A stretch of 64,000 bases of DNA, the filler included, from Jimgerdemannia flammicorona (taxonomy: Eukaryota): assembly GCA_003990765.1 (NCBI GenBank). It is 3 parts of 3 records of this genome, joined end to end, with 100 filler letters (N's around TTAATTAATTAA, not from the genome) between each part and the next. Parts side by side here need not be neighbours in the genome. Positions count along the whole stretch, not along the records: positions 1 to 21,291 come from RBNJ01001484.1; 2 more parts are not named here. One strand, written 5' to 3'. The position numbers and the translations under genes are program-made. This document shows positions 1-11,365 of the stretch, piece by piece. How positions within the stretch are numbered: position 1 is the first letter of the stretch; every line of letters starts with the position of its first letter. The notes beneath the pieces are model-generated. The model saw nothing but the letters and a program-made list of their open reading frames with translations. It had not been told where the DNA came from and searched no databases.

Positions 1-1220
1 TGCACTATATCTCCCTCAGCATCCAAGACCCCATTCCATCAGTGGCACACCCTCTTAGCTTGGAAGAGCCTTGACAGGTATCTTGTAGGCCACTCACCCT
101 CTTCAAGCCCCTGCCACCTTAGTCTAGCAGCCATACCCAACATATGAGACTCCTCCTCTTCTCTCACCACCTGTTGTAGTTCCATTATCTCCAATTTAAC
201 CCACACTATCCTCCAATCCTCAACCCCATCAGAAGTAAGAAGATCTGCCTACTCTATTTGCAGTCTCCTCAATCTGTTGGACATATACTCCATGCACTCC
301 CTCCTTCTTCTCCCAGCTTCTCTCCCAGCCCCTCTCCAATAGACCCCTGCAGCCTCTTTCAATCTCATCCAATGGACACTTACTTACAAACCCTCATCAC
401 TCTAGCCAGAAACTTTAGTATGTATGTCCTCCACTCATGAATCCCACAACCCCTTCTCAGCCAGCAGGGAGGAGTTAAGGCACCAATGTCTGGGTCCATC
501 TCCACTCCCCCAAAACTGCTCTTGTCCCAACAGTCCCCAGTGATCAGACCATAGGCACCACTCTACCTCCAATGCCTTTCAAATATCAGACCCCTAGTAT
601 TCCACCATCAGAATCCAGTCAATTCTTATACCCAAGCCATTCACCCAATGCATGTAGACCCTGGTGTCACCCTATCATGTTCTGTCCATATCCCCTAAGG
701 AGCTCAGCCACTCCACCTCCTCCCATACATCCAGACCTCCACTTCTCCCTCCTGTACTCCTCCCACCATCAGTTCTGTCCAGATACTGATCCCGAACCAT
801 ATTTAAGTTCCACCCAAGTACATCAACCCCTTCCTCCAAGAGAATACCCTCCTCCAGCAGCTCCTTAATCCATGCAATCCTCTCACCCCTAACCACAGGA
901 CAGTAGCAAGAGCCAACCTTCACTAACTTCCACCCTGGCCGATGCTAATCTCCCCAGACCAAGCGATCCCCCCAGCTCCCAATACCCCCCAAGTCTCCTC
1001 TTCCCTTCCTCACCAGAATCACCACTTTTCTAAACCAAGCAGTAGCCCTACCCCATTCCCTAGTCCACTCTTCCTGATCATCCTCATCCTCACATTGAAC
1101 ATCCTGTAATAAAAAGAGATCGGCCTCCAATCCCTTGAGCCAAGTAAAAATGTTCCTATGCCACCGAGATCTCCTTAGTCCATTCACATTCAGAGAGAAA
1201 ATGTTGGTTGTACTATTCAT
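1..1220 (-). pseudogene. Family A ORF2, APE endonuclease region (disrupted)
   Basis: SLNVNGL, LLQDV, VGSCYCP, G[D]-N, and SDH-like motifs in ORFs 945..1220 and 675..923; in-frame stops. Confidence 0.85.
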
Positions 1221-1250
1221 AAGAAAAATGTTATACTGTGTTCCAACCCT

Positions 1251-3334
1251 CTACAATTCCACATTTCGCTCCTCCTGTAACAAATCTAAGTCATGTTCAG
1301 CAGCTAGTTCCCTTTCACGAGCTTCCTGTACCTCCAACCCTCTCAGAAGTTCCACCATCACCCCATCTTCACACTCCTCAAAGTCCTCCTGGTATTTCAG
1401 ACAGGCCTCCTGCCAGAACTGCAAACCATGCCACTCTGCCCAACTGTATTCTGCCTGCTCACCAGCAATCAGCACTAGCTCAGCCTTCCTTACTGCATCA
1501 ACCTCATATTCCTCCTCCACCAGGAAAATCGAAAGAATCTCCCCCTTCAGTGCCTCTACTACTCTCTCACCACTCAGAATCTATATCCAATGCTCCTCAG
1601 ACATCACCCACAGGTCCACTTCCCCCAAAGTCTCAGCTGCGAGGTTGACCATCACCTTGCTCATCTACAGCAAGTTCCCCACCTCCTTCTCTCCTGGAGT
1701 CCCTGGCCATCCTGCATCCAACATTGTGGTATCAGCCCCTATACTGGCAGCCTCATCCTACTCCTCCTCAGGGATGTCCACCAGCTCATCCTTGCCAACT
1801 GCCACCACCTGACCCCCTCTCTCTACATCAGGGACCCCAAAATGCACTCAATGGGCCCCCTTCATCAGTACATCCTCTGTTGTCTTTCTCTTCCCAGCTG
1901 GGCCCCTCCTGATAAGAGGGGGGGGGGTGGTATCCAGTTCCTACTCCCAGACCAAGAAAGTGCCATCAGTGTAGGGGTCCTTGTCCAGTATCTTCACAGC
2001 TCCTTCCTTGCCTGCCTCCACCTCCCCAACCTCTTTACTCACCCAAACACTAGCTTCGATGCCCCCAGACACTTCAGCTCCAACTGCCTTCTTCTTTGCC
2101 TCTACCACCATACTCACCAGTAGCTCCCTCTGCCTCCTGTGTCCCTGTGCCCACTCCCACTACTTCCTGTCAGTATGGACATATCTCCCATCCATAACCT
2201 CTAGATATGTCAACTCTCCATACACCTTCCAGGCCCTTGCCCTCCTCTCCACAGCTCCACTCAACTCCTCCAGTGCCTCCAACAAGTCCTCCTCCTCCTC
2301 TTCACTCCCATTCAACCTCGACACCTTACAGACAAATGTCCCCCACATTAGCACAGAAGGCCAGTCACTCGCCTTCCCCATGGCCTCCTTGCCCACCAGC
2401 ATCAATGTCACCCATCCTGATCAATGTCCCCTCCCACACCTGAAAGCCTATGTCCACCACATCACCATACTCTACCATCACCTCCTCCACCCTCCTCCTT
2501 GTCTCCTCTTAGTCACTGTGGGCACCCCTCTCATCAGAAGCTGCACCACTCTGGGGTCCCATCACAAGTACTGCACCATAGGGACCACCACCTCCCCAAC
2601 TATGACCTCAGTCTTCAGCATCTCTTCCAGTGGACCTGCCTCCTCAAAGCCCACCTCAACCCCCTCCAGACCCTTTAAGAACTTCACCAAGGCTGCCCCA
2701 GCCACCTGCTTCGAAATAAGCCCCAGAACCATCCTTGTCATCACTGCCAAGCCCTGGAAGCACAAGGTTGCCACAAACTCCAAAATTGACTTCTTGAGCA
2801 TTGGAGTCACTGCCAGTCCTGTTACACCATCTGCCAGATCCCCCTTCAGCATTGGGAACCCCTGTCCCCCCAGACCATCAGTCATCACATCTCTTTTTTT
2901 TCCTTCTGATTCACCATCACACTGCCATCAGCAGTCCCGCCACTACCCTCAGCAGCTACTCCACCCCCGCCACTACCCTCAGCAGCTACTCCACCTCCAC
3001 CACTACCCTCAGCAGCTACTCTACCCTCGCCACTACTCACTGCCAAAGGCCCAGCTCCCTCAGTACTCTCAACCTTCTTCTTCCCCTTACCTCCTGTCTG
3101 TCGACTGCAATCTCCAACTGGCCAACCTCCTGACCTCAGCATGTCTACAAAGCTCCTCCCCTGCTGCCCTACAGCCCCCCCACCAGTGCCACTTCCACTA
3201 CCCAAGCTGTCCTGTCCACCTGGGCCACCAAAAGACCCCATCCCCAGTCCATACCCTCTCCTGACATGCTGCCAGTTGAAGGCCCCAGGTCTACCCAACC
3301 TAGTACATATGTCAGCTTGCTTACTGGTCGACAT
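1251..3334 (-). pseudogene. Family A ORF1 (Gly-rich N-terminus, acidic C-terminus; disrupted)
   Basis: ORF fragments 2885..3355, 2562..2888, 2160..2411 and 1251..1520 are homologous to ORF1 fragments of A3, A4 and A6, and lie directly upstream of the APE ORF. Confidence 0.8.
2938..3035. repeat. 30-bp tandem repeat (~3 copies) in A1 ORF1 encoding VAAEGSGGGG
   Basis: cactaccctcagcagctactccacccccgc repeated; only one unit in A4. Confidence 0.85.
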
Positions 3335-3425
3335 TGCCTTAATATTTTTCTCCAATAAACGACTTGAAAGTGTGTTGTAAAAGTGTGTATAACGTGAATT
3401 GTAGTTGAGAAAGATGAGCTGATGG

Positions 3426-4052
3426 TTACAGATCCCTTCTACCAGGCAGTGATGTCACCCACCCTGGGGACCCCAATCAACCCACCATCCCGTAAGAAGA
3501 TCACCCATTAACTCCTCTCACCTTACCAAATTCTCCTGCAACCCTGCCTATCACCCTTTCTCAAAAATAAATAGCCAATATCGAGCCAAACCTACACTCA
3601 CTGCAATCATGCCTTACAGTGAGCCACCCATTACCAATACCTCCCACTAGTCTAGATTCCAAATCCTCCCAGTGGCCTTGCTCGCCATCCAGCCACCTTT
3701 CGACACCCAGCCTGTACCCCACAGCTATCCAAAAGTCCCCCAACACCTCGCACTCTTCCAGCCAATGTTCTGGTGTCTGCATGAAGCCCCCAGCTTGCCC
3801 TACATCATAACATCCTCACAATCCAATTAGCCACCATCCACCAGATGCCCAGTATGGAAATTCAGCATAACATTCCTTCACAGCATTCACCATCAAACAA
3901 TCCAGACCTTGGGAGGAAGCTACTTCTGCACCTCAGCACTTCAAGCCCAGATTCCAACCCAGTCCCACTGCTCATCAATCCCCACCACATACCAACTACT
4001 TGGCCAAAGATCCTGGCCAAGTCTCTACTGACACTCCACTCCATCACCAATT
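3426..4052 (-). mobile_element. Family A 3' fragment (ORF2 C-terminal Cys/His region), interrupted by A1
   Basis: Encodes CEGCYDVGQAGGFMQTPEHWLEECEVLG, homologous to 43313-43945 of A4. Confidence 0.85.
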
Positions 4053-5195
4053 AATAGAGCTATCTGTATTATCTACTTGATCTAGTTGATCTTGTGATAA
4101 ATTTATTAATACTGGCTTCTGATTAGAATCCTTTCTGATACTGGGTAATTAGCAAGTCTTGATTTGATTACTTCTTTCTCCATCTAAATACTGGTGATAA
4201 TAGATTCTTCTATAGTGGCAGAGATTAGTGTTGTATTAAATATATTCAGTTTAACTGTGAGTTCTTATGAGCTGAAGTTATATAGATTTTAAAATCTTCC
4301 TAGTTTAGCCCCTAAATATAACATACTAACTTCATTGAGATAAATTACAAAATAGAGATTGATGTAGTTTAGCTTGAGCCTCCAGTCCCTTTGTTAAAAA
4401 GCAACAAAATGTTTTATAATCTCTGATATCCTTATTGGTATTTAGTAATATAATTATCAAATATGAATATTATGGTCAATTCTTGCGATTTTCTTATTGG
4501 GACAGTTCTTGAGTATAGTAGTAATTTTTATATGTATTTTCTTCTTAAATGTCAGATAATTTCAATATAGTATAATAATCTCCAAAAGTATCTAATTTCT
4601 GGTTTAATAATCTTAGCAGTATTCCATATTAGGTTAATTTGACAGATAACTCAATTTGGTAGATAACTTGATTTAGTATAGATTCTTCTGAATCAGCAAG
4701 CTTTTTGAATAATTTAGATAATAGATAACTTGCTAATTGGATAGTATATATGCAACTTGAATTCTTCTTAGCAAAGTTATTTCAAAGACTGACTTCATTT
4801 ATATAAATATAAGTTTATTATAAAGTTATATCTTATAGACTAGCTTTGTAGCAAGATGACAGACTTCTCTTAAAATGGTAGGTTTACCTTAAACAGTAGA
4901 TTTCTCTTCAAATATCAGACTTCTTTGTATCAGAAAGTAGACTGGAGTATGAATTAGACACCAAGCTCACAATCTCCTAAAAGTAGCTTTAGAGCAGATG
5001 TATCTTCAAAATATTGCAATCTAATTCCTTTAAGATCAAGTGGCTTTTGACAGACATATCCCTCGAAATATAGTAGGCAGACTTGGCTTTTGCTTTTAGA
5101 TTCAATTTTAGACTGAGATTTATTCCCTCATGTCTCTAGGGTATTTTATACAGTTGGGTTGCTATCTGGTTACTATATAGCTAACTATAGATTGC
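4053..5195 (-). mobile_element. Highly decayed AT-rich fragment, possibly LTR plus gag start of an LTR retrotransposon
   Basis: Minus strand has gtataaaataccc...aataaaatctcag (5113-5152), resembling the TATA/AATAAA arrangement of the LTRs at 26991 and 33211, plus short internal repeats. No clean ORF. Confidence 0.35.
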
Positions 5196-5868
5196 TTTTT
5201 TTTTTTTTTTTTTTTTTATAATCACTTGGACTCTTCCTTTATTATACCCATCTATCCCATATAAGTACAGTGAACCCACCCCCTACCCTATTCCCCTAGG
5301 GGGGCCCCTCCCCTCTACCCCTTCTTGATGAAACACCACTCTATCAAATACAATTCCCACCCTCCCATCACTCTGTTTGCATATCCTTGTCATTAAACCT
5401 CGCTGTTGCCCCCCTGAAGGCCCCAACCTATCCACCATCCAGTCATCAGATCTCCCAGCAGCTCCTCCCACCTTAAGACCTTCTCTTGTAGGCTTACCTA
5501 CCACTTCTCGTCAAATACAAATAACCAATGTCCTGCCAATCCCACTCAAACTGCTAACACCCACCCAACAGTGAGCCAACTATCCCCCACCCCCCCCACT
5601 AGCTGAGACCTCAAGTCCTCCCAGCGATCCCCCTTACCCACCAGCCTGCACCCCACACGCAGCCTATCTCCTATTTTAATCCTAAAGTCTCCCAAAACCT
5701 CACACTCTCCCAGCCAATGTTCTGGCATCTGTACCGAACCTTCAGCTTGCCCTACATTGTAACACTCCTCACAATCGAAACAGCCACCATCAACCAGATG
5801 CTTGGTGCAGAAATTCAGCATAACATTTCACTACAGCATTTGCCACCACATCATCCAGAACTTGGGGG
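5196..5868 (-). mobile_element. Family A 3' end with poly(A) tail (5'-truncated)
   Basis: T-run at 5196-5217; ORF2 C-terminus ...CEECYNVGQAEGSVQMPEHWLGECE...GPPRGIG*. Confidence 0.9.
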
Positions 5869-8800
5869 GATAACGCACCCAGTCCGCAATGAGAGTCGGG
5901 TTCCTCAATACACATGGACTACCTCAGGACAAGTTCAATGTGCTCAGTCAGTTGATTGGTCCTGCCCTCAACATTCTTTTCATATATAAAATGTGGCACA
6001 TTCCGCTGTGTCCCTCTCTGCTCATTCACATATCCTCCCCTCTGGCATCATACAGGATCGTGGGTCACCAGAATGGTGGTCTCGTGGTCCTTGTGTCAAA
6101 CCACTTCACCCCCCTTATTTCCGGGTCCTCTACTGACCTCTTCCATATCTGACTCATGTTCCAGGACCTGGCTTTGGTTGGGGTTTATGCCCCCCCCTCT
6201 CTTCCCATTGGTGGTTTCCGTGATCTGGTGTCTGGTCCCTTTCCGGGTAAGGCTCTTTTGATCGGTGATATCAATACCCACTTCGGCGCCTGCCTTGGTG
6301 ATGTCAACTCTGGTCCCCGCGATCGGATAGATGTCATTGACACCTCTCTGATGACGTGGTCATTGAACCATCTGACCCTGGTGGCTGGATCTATAGGCGT
6401 TGATCATGCGTTCGCTACTATGTCCCTCCATGCATCCCTCACATGCTCCACTCCTCCTGTCGCTACCGACCACCCCTCCCTCCTCACTGTCTCCTTCCCC
6501 TTCTCCCCCTCACAGATTGCTGCCTTGGTGGGCGTCTGTCATTTCTCTGCAAGATATTTGACCGATCCGGTCATTCAAGCCCACCTCCAGGAGTCAGCAG
6601 ATATTGTTTGCGATACTACTGTCAGGTCCATTTATGCTATCAGAGACCACATCTCTGGCTTTCGCTCTGTGGAAGATCGCTAGCAGTTTGTGGATTCCCT
6701 TGATGCCCTTTTGACCTCTGGTCTGCAGTCAGTTTGTGAGGACATTCTTGGCTCGTATGATGTAAGAGAGATTAGGGTGGTGCCACTCCCTCGGCAGGAC
6801 CTTCTTTGCAGTGCATCTTTGGTCTCTGATGCCATCTGTGGTTTTAAGCGAGTGTACCGCTCCACCCCCCTCGCCCCCCTCCAATCTTGCTCCCCCAATG
6901 TTCCGGTGTTCAATGATGTGGTTGCTCACTTCACCACTATCTTCGGCCAGCCAAACGCCTCCCTCCACCTCAATGACTCTGAGGATGTCTTCCTGCTCAG
7001 CGTGAGTGCTCTTGGACTGCAGTCTTGGTTTGACCAGCCTGCGTTCTGGAGGGCTATCCACAGCTACCCCCTCTCGAAGGCATGTGGTGCCGATTCCTTG
7101 CATGTCCGGATCCTTCAGGTAATGGCAGGTGAAAAGGATGCCCTCTGTAGCCTTTCGAAAGCTCTCTCATTCTTCTTCCAGATGTGCCTGGTTTGGGGGC
7201 TCACTCCCTGCCACTGGAACTCTGCCATCATCACCCCAGTCCCCAAGAAGGAGGAATTGTGTACGATTGATGGGTTTTGCCCTATTACTCTGACTGAAAT
7301 GTTTCATAGACTCTTCGAGCGGTGTTTGGAAGGATATGTCAAAAGCCGAAGGGGCCTGACAGAATTGTTGCGCTGCCAAGGTGGCTTCCGAACCCACTTC
7401 TCGTCCCTCTCTCATATCTTGCTATTGCACGAGATGTGGGCCAAGGGATGGGGCTGCCGTGTCTTTGGCAGGCATACGATCGAGTCCCCCTCAAGCTCAT
7501 TCTTTCTCGACTTGAGGAGCAAGGTGCTGATGTAGCCCTCCTTAGCATTATCTGAAGCCTGTTCAACCATTGTTCTTATCAGGTGGTTGTTAATGGCCTC
7601 ATCACCCCTTCGGTCCTCACTGAGTGTGGCCTCTTTCAGGACTCCCTCCTCTCCCACTGGCTGTTTGATGTCTTTATCGACCCCCTCGCCACCTCCTTTG
7701 ATGAACAGTTCAAGGAGTATGACTTCCCCCTCAGGCTTTTCTTTGCTGATGATATCACCCTTACCCCCCACACTACTGTAGAAGGGCAAAGGATGGTTGA
7801 TTTTTGCGAGGATTGGCTTCGGGCGAATGGTATGGAGCTCAACCCCAAGAAGTGTGGTTATGTCAGCCCGGCTGACTGTACTGTGCTGATTGGAGGCGAA
7901 CCCTGCCTGCAACCCGCCTCCTATATGTACCTGGGTGTGCCATACACCAACAAAGGGTTTGACTTTGTTAGCCTTACATTGCAGAATGCAGCAAAGACGA
8001 AATGAACTCTTGGTTTCTGCCATGCCCATGGTCCTCTCTGGTCACCAATGGTCAAGTTGGCCATCCTTCGAACATTCATCAGGCCTCAGCTGGAGTATGG
8101 CCTCCCCCTCCTACGTGCTTCCTGTCTGGCAACTACCACGGGGCTTCAGGTGTTGAAGCATCCCGAGCAGGTCTTTGATGATACTGTTGCTTGGGCGGTT
8201 GGATTTTCAGGCCATCCCTTGCTTGGCAGTTCGATTCTCAGCCTCCCCTCCTTCCTTCATCGTATGTCTGACCTCTGCTGCATATTCCAAGCTCACCTGG
8301 ATTGGTGTAGCAAGTCGGGCAACAACCTCATCGGCCACCTTAGCGAGCGCTTTGTCATGCACCCCCCAGGTTCTATCATTGACAAGTTCCAGCGTTGGAC
8401 CTCCTGGCTTGACTTCCTCGACTGGTACTGGGACCTTTGTCCCCAGGTCCACAAGACTCGCTCGCTCTGCTCCTTCCTCCAGTCTTTCCTTCAGGATCAG
8501 CAGCTGCAGGAATGGGCCTCCTCCTCCCAGGCTCTCATTCAGTATATCACCCCCAAAGGCTGCTTGCAGTCACAGGGCACCGACCGTGTCCTCTCCTTCC
8601 CCCCCCGGCTTGTGCATTCTGCCCTTGCTTGGCATTATGGCTATTTTGGCCAACCCCGCCCCTGCCCCTGTGGAGATAAGTTTCATCGTAGCCATCTCCT
8701 CAGGTGCGGTCTTCTCGTCAGTTCATATTCTGCTTTCCGAGGTTCTTCCAATCATGATGAATAACTCGATTGGTTTTCCAATGACAAATGGCAGGAGGAA

Positions 8801-9340
8801 CTTTGTGCCTACCCTCTTCACGCTCTTCATGAGATAGCCTACCACGCTATAGATGCTATGTGTAATTCTGGTGGCCACCTCACAGTCGGGTTCTGCCTGA
8901 CTGAGATCACAAAGATGCTTGGGTGATTGAATGATTGAATATTTTCTTTACTCCTTTCTCTTCCCTCGCTTGCCTTGGTTGGTTCCCCCATTGCTGAGAG
9001 TGCATTGAGTTATTCATCTCATGTCAGTCATTTGGTGTTTAGTTGATGATACAGTTCATGTAGTTGGCACCAGGCAAACGTGTATTTTATCTTAGCTCTT
9101 CTTTACTTTGCTTTTTGCATTTATTATCTTTACGGCTGTGACGAAATGGTATTATCCAGCCTGTCCATAGGGTGGTTACCTCTCTGGCCTTTGTTTTGTT
9201 CTTCTTAGCTAGTTGCTTACTTTGCTGGCCTCGTTTTGCTCTTCTCATCTTAGGAGTCTTTGTCTTTTGTTGCTCTGATGTATCCCCTCTTCTCTACAAT
9301 GAATAAATCCTTACTTGAAGCCTAACCCTAACCCTAACCC
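5869..9340 (+). mobile_element. Non-LTR retrotransposon family B copy B1 (5'-truncated at the ORF1/ORF2 junction), ending in a (CCCTAA)n tail
   Basis: APE + RT + C-terminal Cys/His motif, pyrimidine-rich 3' UTR with AATAAA at 9302, then ttacttgaag-cctaaccctaaccctaaccc. Confidence 0.92.
5889..8926 (+). pseudogene. Family B ORF2: APE endonuclease - reverse transcriptase - CPCG..H...C motif (disrupted)
   Basis: MRVGFLNTHGL, VGVYAPP, LIGDINTH, VDHAF, TDH (APE); KACGADSL, IITPVPKK, QGGFR, QAYDRVP, GLFQ.SLLS, FFADDI, YLG (RT); PCPCGDKFHRSHLLRC. Confidence 0.9.
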
Positions 9341-9344
9341 AACC
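9321..9344 (+). repeat. Telomeric-type repeat tail (CCCTAA)~3 of B1
   Basis: cctaaccctaaccctaacccaacc. Confidence 0.9.
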
Positions 9345-10124
9345 TCGCTTATTTCATGCTTTGGCATTCACCTTGAAGCCAGTGTGGTATGACAAATGTT
9401 CCATGATTTCACACGATTTTCTATCACTCTTATGACTTCTTGCCTCAGTTAGTCAACATATACTTTCTTAATACATTTGTTGGCCACAGCAAAAGTATGC
9501 CTAATATCTGATTTGTAAGGCCTTTTCTCTGTGAGGTTTGGGGCATCTGGGAAATTGATTTGTCAATGCTTCCAGGTGGTGTTTGGGTAAACTTGATGGC
9601 AAAAATGGCAATTGTAGCAAGATTTGTACTCCAGCCCAGGCTTAGAAGCTAGAGGATATATATATTTCAAATATTATTAGGAAAAAAATTTGGACATTGA
9701 TTTAAAAAGAAAAAAAAAAAAAAATTTAACTTTTTTGAGCTGTATTATTGGGATCTAGTGAGGGATTGTACTTGCGGACTGCGGCGAGCTGGTGGTCAAG
9801 CTGGAGATTGGGGAGTTGAGGATCAGCGAGCTAGGAGTTGGCGAGCTCGGCAACCTGGGTGTCAGCATGCTTAGCAGGCTAGGTGTCAGCAAGCTCAACA
9901 GGCTGAGTGTTGGCAAGCTCGGCAGGCTGGGTGTCAGCAAGCTCAGCAGGCTGGGTGTCAGCAAGCTCGGCAGACTGGGTGTCAGCAAGCTCAGCAGGCT
10001 GGGTGTTGGCAAGCTGAGCATCTTTAGGGCACTGAGCTTTGGAACAGCAAGCTGAAGTGCATCGAGCTTGGGGGGGGCCAATTAAATACTTATTGGCTGG
10101 GCAGTCATATTCATGTTTTCTCAA
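9345..10124 (-). pseudogene. Possible spliced gene remnant of unknown function with AELADTQP repeats, truncated at the B1 tail
   Basis: Frame with (AELADTQP)n continues to ...LDPNNTAQK, then an AT-rich gttaaa...cctctag intron-like segment (~9730-9650), then a mostly open frame ...LEYKSCYNCHFCHQVYP... Confidence 0.3.
9843..10020. repeat. 24-bp minisatellite, ~7 copies
   Basis: Unit agcaagctc(a/g)gcaggctgggtgt(c/t). Confidence 0.9.
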
Positions 10125-10256
10125 TATAGCAGTGAATTAAGTGAGGCGAAGTGAAGGACAAGGTGAAGTGAAGGATGAGATGAAGCAAAGCATGAGGTGA
10201 AAAGAATGAGAGGCAAAAGTAAGCTTTCGATATCTTAAAAGTTCAAAAGCTATAAC

Positions 10257-10345
10257 ATCTTTCAGAAGCTCTTTTGGAATCTCTTTGAAATCTCTTTCAG
10301 AAGCCCTTTCCGAATCTCTTCGAAATCTCTTTCGAAATCCATTTC
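10257..10345. repeat. 12-bp tandem repeat, ~7 degenerate copies
   Basis: Unit gaaatctctttc. Confidence 0.75.
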
Positions 10346-10442
10346 TAAATTGCATGTTGTTTGTAATCTGAGGAATGAGGGTGAGGAAGGTGGAGAAATA
10401 CATCAGGGTTGTGCAAGAGGAGTAGAATGTAAGAGGAGTGGA

Positions 10443-10659
10443 ATGCAAGAGGAGTGGAACACAGTGAGGAAAGCTCTGGATTGCAAGTGTAAGTGTAAGC
10501 ATAAGCACAAGTACAAGCTTTGCTCTGCTCAGCTGATAGCTAATATTACATGATATCAGCTTATTATCAGCTTGTAAGACTGAGCAGAGCAAAGCTTAAC
10601 ACTTATGCTTACACTTGCAATATGGAGCTTTCCTCACTGCATTCCACTCCTCTCTGCAT
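10443..10659. repeat. Long imperfect inverted repeat (hairpin 1)
   Basis: agaggagtggaa..cagtgaggaaagctc..ttgcaagtgtaag..cataag..aagctttgctctgctcag pairs with ctgagcagagcaaagctt..cttatgcttacacttgcaa..gagctttcctcactg..ttccactcctct. Confidence 0.9.
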
Positions 10660-11077
10660 GATTCAGCAGATTCTGTATAAGCCTCGATTGAGCAAGGTTT
10701 GCAATGATGTTTTAGCAAAGTTTGTGGTGCATTTGAGCGAGATTTGCAGTGAGGTTCAAGCAAGATTTGCAAGCAAGATTTGCATAAGCCAGGCTTTGCA
10801 AGCCTTGTACTTGCAAGCTCAGCTAATAGCTGATATCATGTGATATCAGCTTATATACACATCATATCAGCTTGTGACTAAGCTTGTCCAGGCTTGCAAG
10901 CACAAGGCTTGCAAAGCCTGGCTTATGCAAATCTCACTTTAATCTTACATACAAATCTCACTTGCAAATCTTGCTTGCAAATCTTGCTCAAACCTCGCTA
11001 CAAATCTTGCTCAAATGCACCACAAACCTCACTCAAACATCATTACAAACCTTGCTCAATACTGAATATGCTGAATC
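10660..11077. repeat. Long imperfect inverted repeat (hairpin 2)
   Basis: gattcagca..ttgagcaaggtttg..gtttgtggtgcatttgagc..gatttgcataagccaggctttgcaagccttgt pairs with acaaggcttgcaaagcctggcttatgcaaatc..gctcaaatgcaccacaaac..caaaccttgctcaa..tgctgaatc. Confidence 0.9.
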
Positions 11078-11365
11078 TCAAAAGTATATTTGCTGTTTGC
11101 TGTTGCATGATGGGTATCAGTTCACCACCTGTGTGTATTTATTCATCCATCCTCTGTCCCCAGCTCGCTGACTCCTGTTCCAGGCCCCACAGTTCCTGGC
11201 TTTTCCTGCTGCTTGCTGCCTCCCCCCAACTCTCTGCCCCCTAGTTCACTGCCCCCCCAGCTTGTTTCCCAGTTCGCCACTCCCTAGCTCATCACTTCTT
11301 AGCTACTTTCCAGCTCTCAGCCTCCCACTCAAGCTCCCAGTCTCTGACATTATCAAACATTCGAA

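Larger units (their letters stand above)
1..3415 (-). mobile_element. L1/Tx1-like non-LTR retrotransposon, family A copy A1 (5' UTR, ORF1, 5' part of ORF2; runs off contig start)
   Basis: ORF2 begins MNSTTNIFSLNVNGLRR...ADLFLLQDV (APE endonuclease N-terminus). Colinear with copy A4 (43133-49003), including the 5' end sequence gtgtataacgtgaattgtagttgagaaagatg. Confidence 0.9.

Noticed and set aside
1135..3264. Long Ser/Pro/Thr-rich plus-strand ORFs (1135..1812, 1981..3264; likewise 39931..40803, 45016..45687, 47114..47833, 52399..53010)
   Set aside because: Antisense shadows of G/A-rich family A ORFs; low stop-codon frequency follows from composition and no domain motifs are visible.
8175..8837. 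Alternative-frame ORF recurring in B copies (8175..8837, 14757..15512, 19341..20018)
   Set aside because: Overlaps the ORF2 C-terminus on the same strand and is Ser/Pro-rich; explained by C/T-rich codon usage. A real overlapping ORF is not fully excluded, but there is no positive evidence.
9321..9344. A true chromosome telomere
   Set aside because: Only 2-3 units, internal to the contig and always attached to a B 3' end.
9756..9770. tagtgaggg as the hAT left TIR
   Set aside because: Only 5 bp match to TAGTGCTCCAC, and no 8-bp TSD matching ggcataag.
9843..10020. Regular 24-bp repeats as a CRISPR array
   Set aside because: Contiguous tandem units without unique spacers, in a eukaryotic context with no cas genes.
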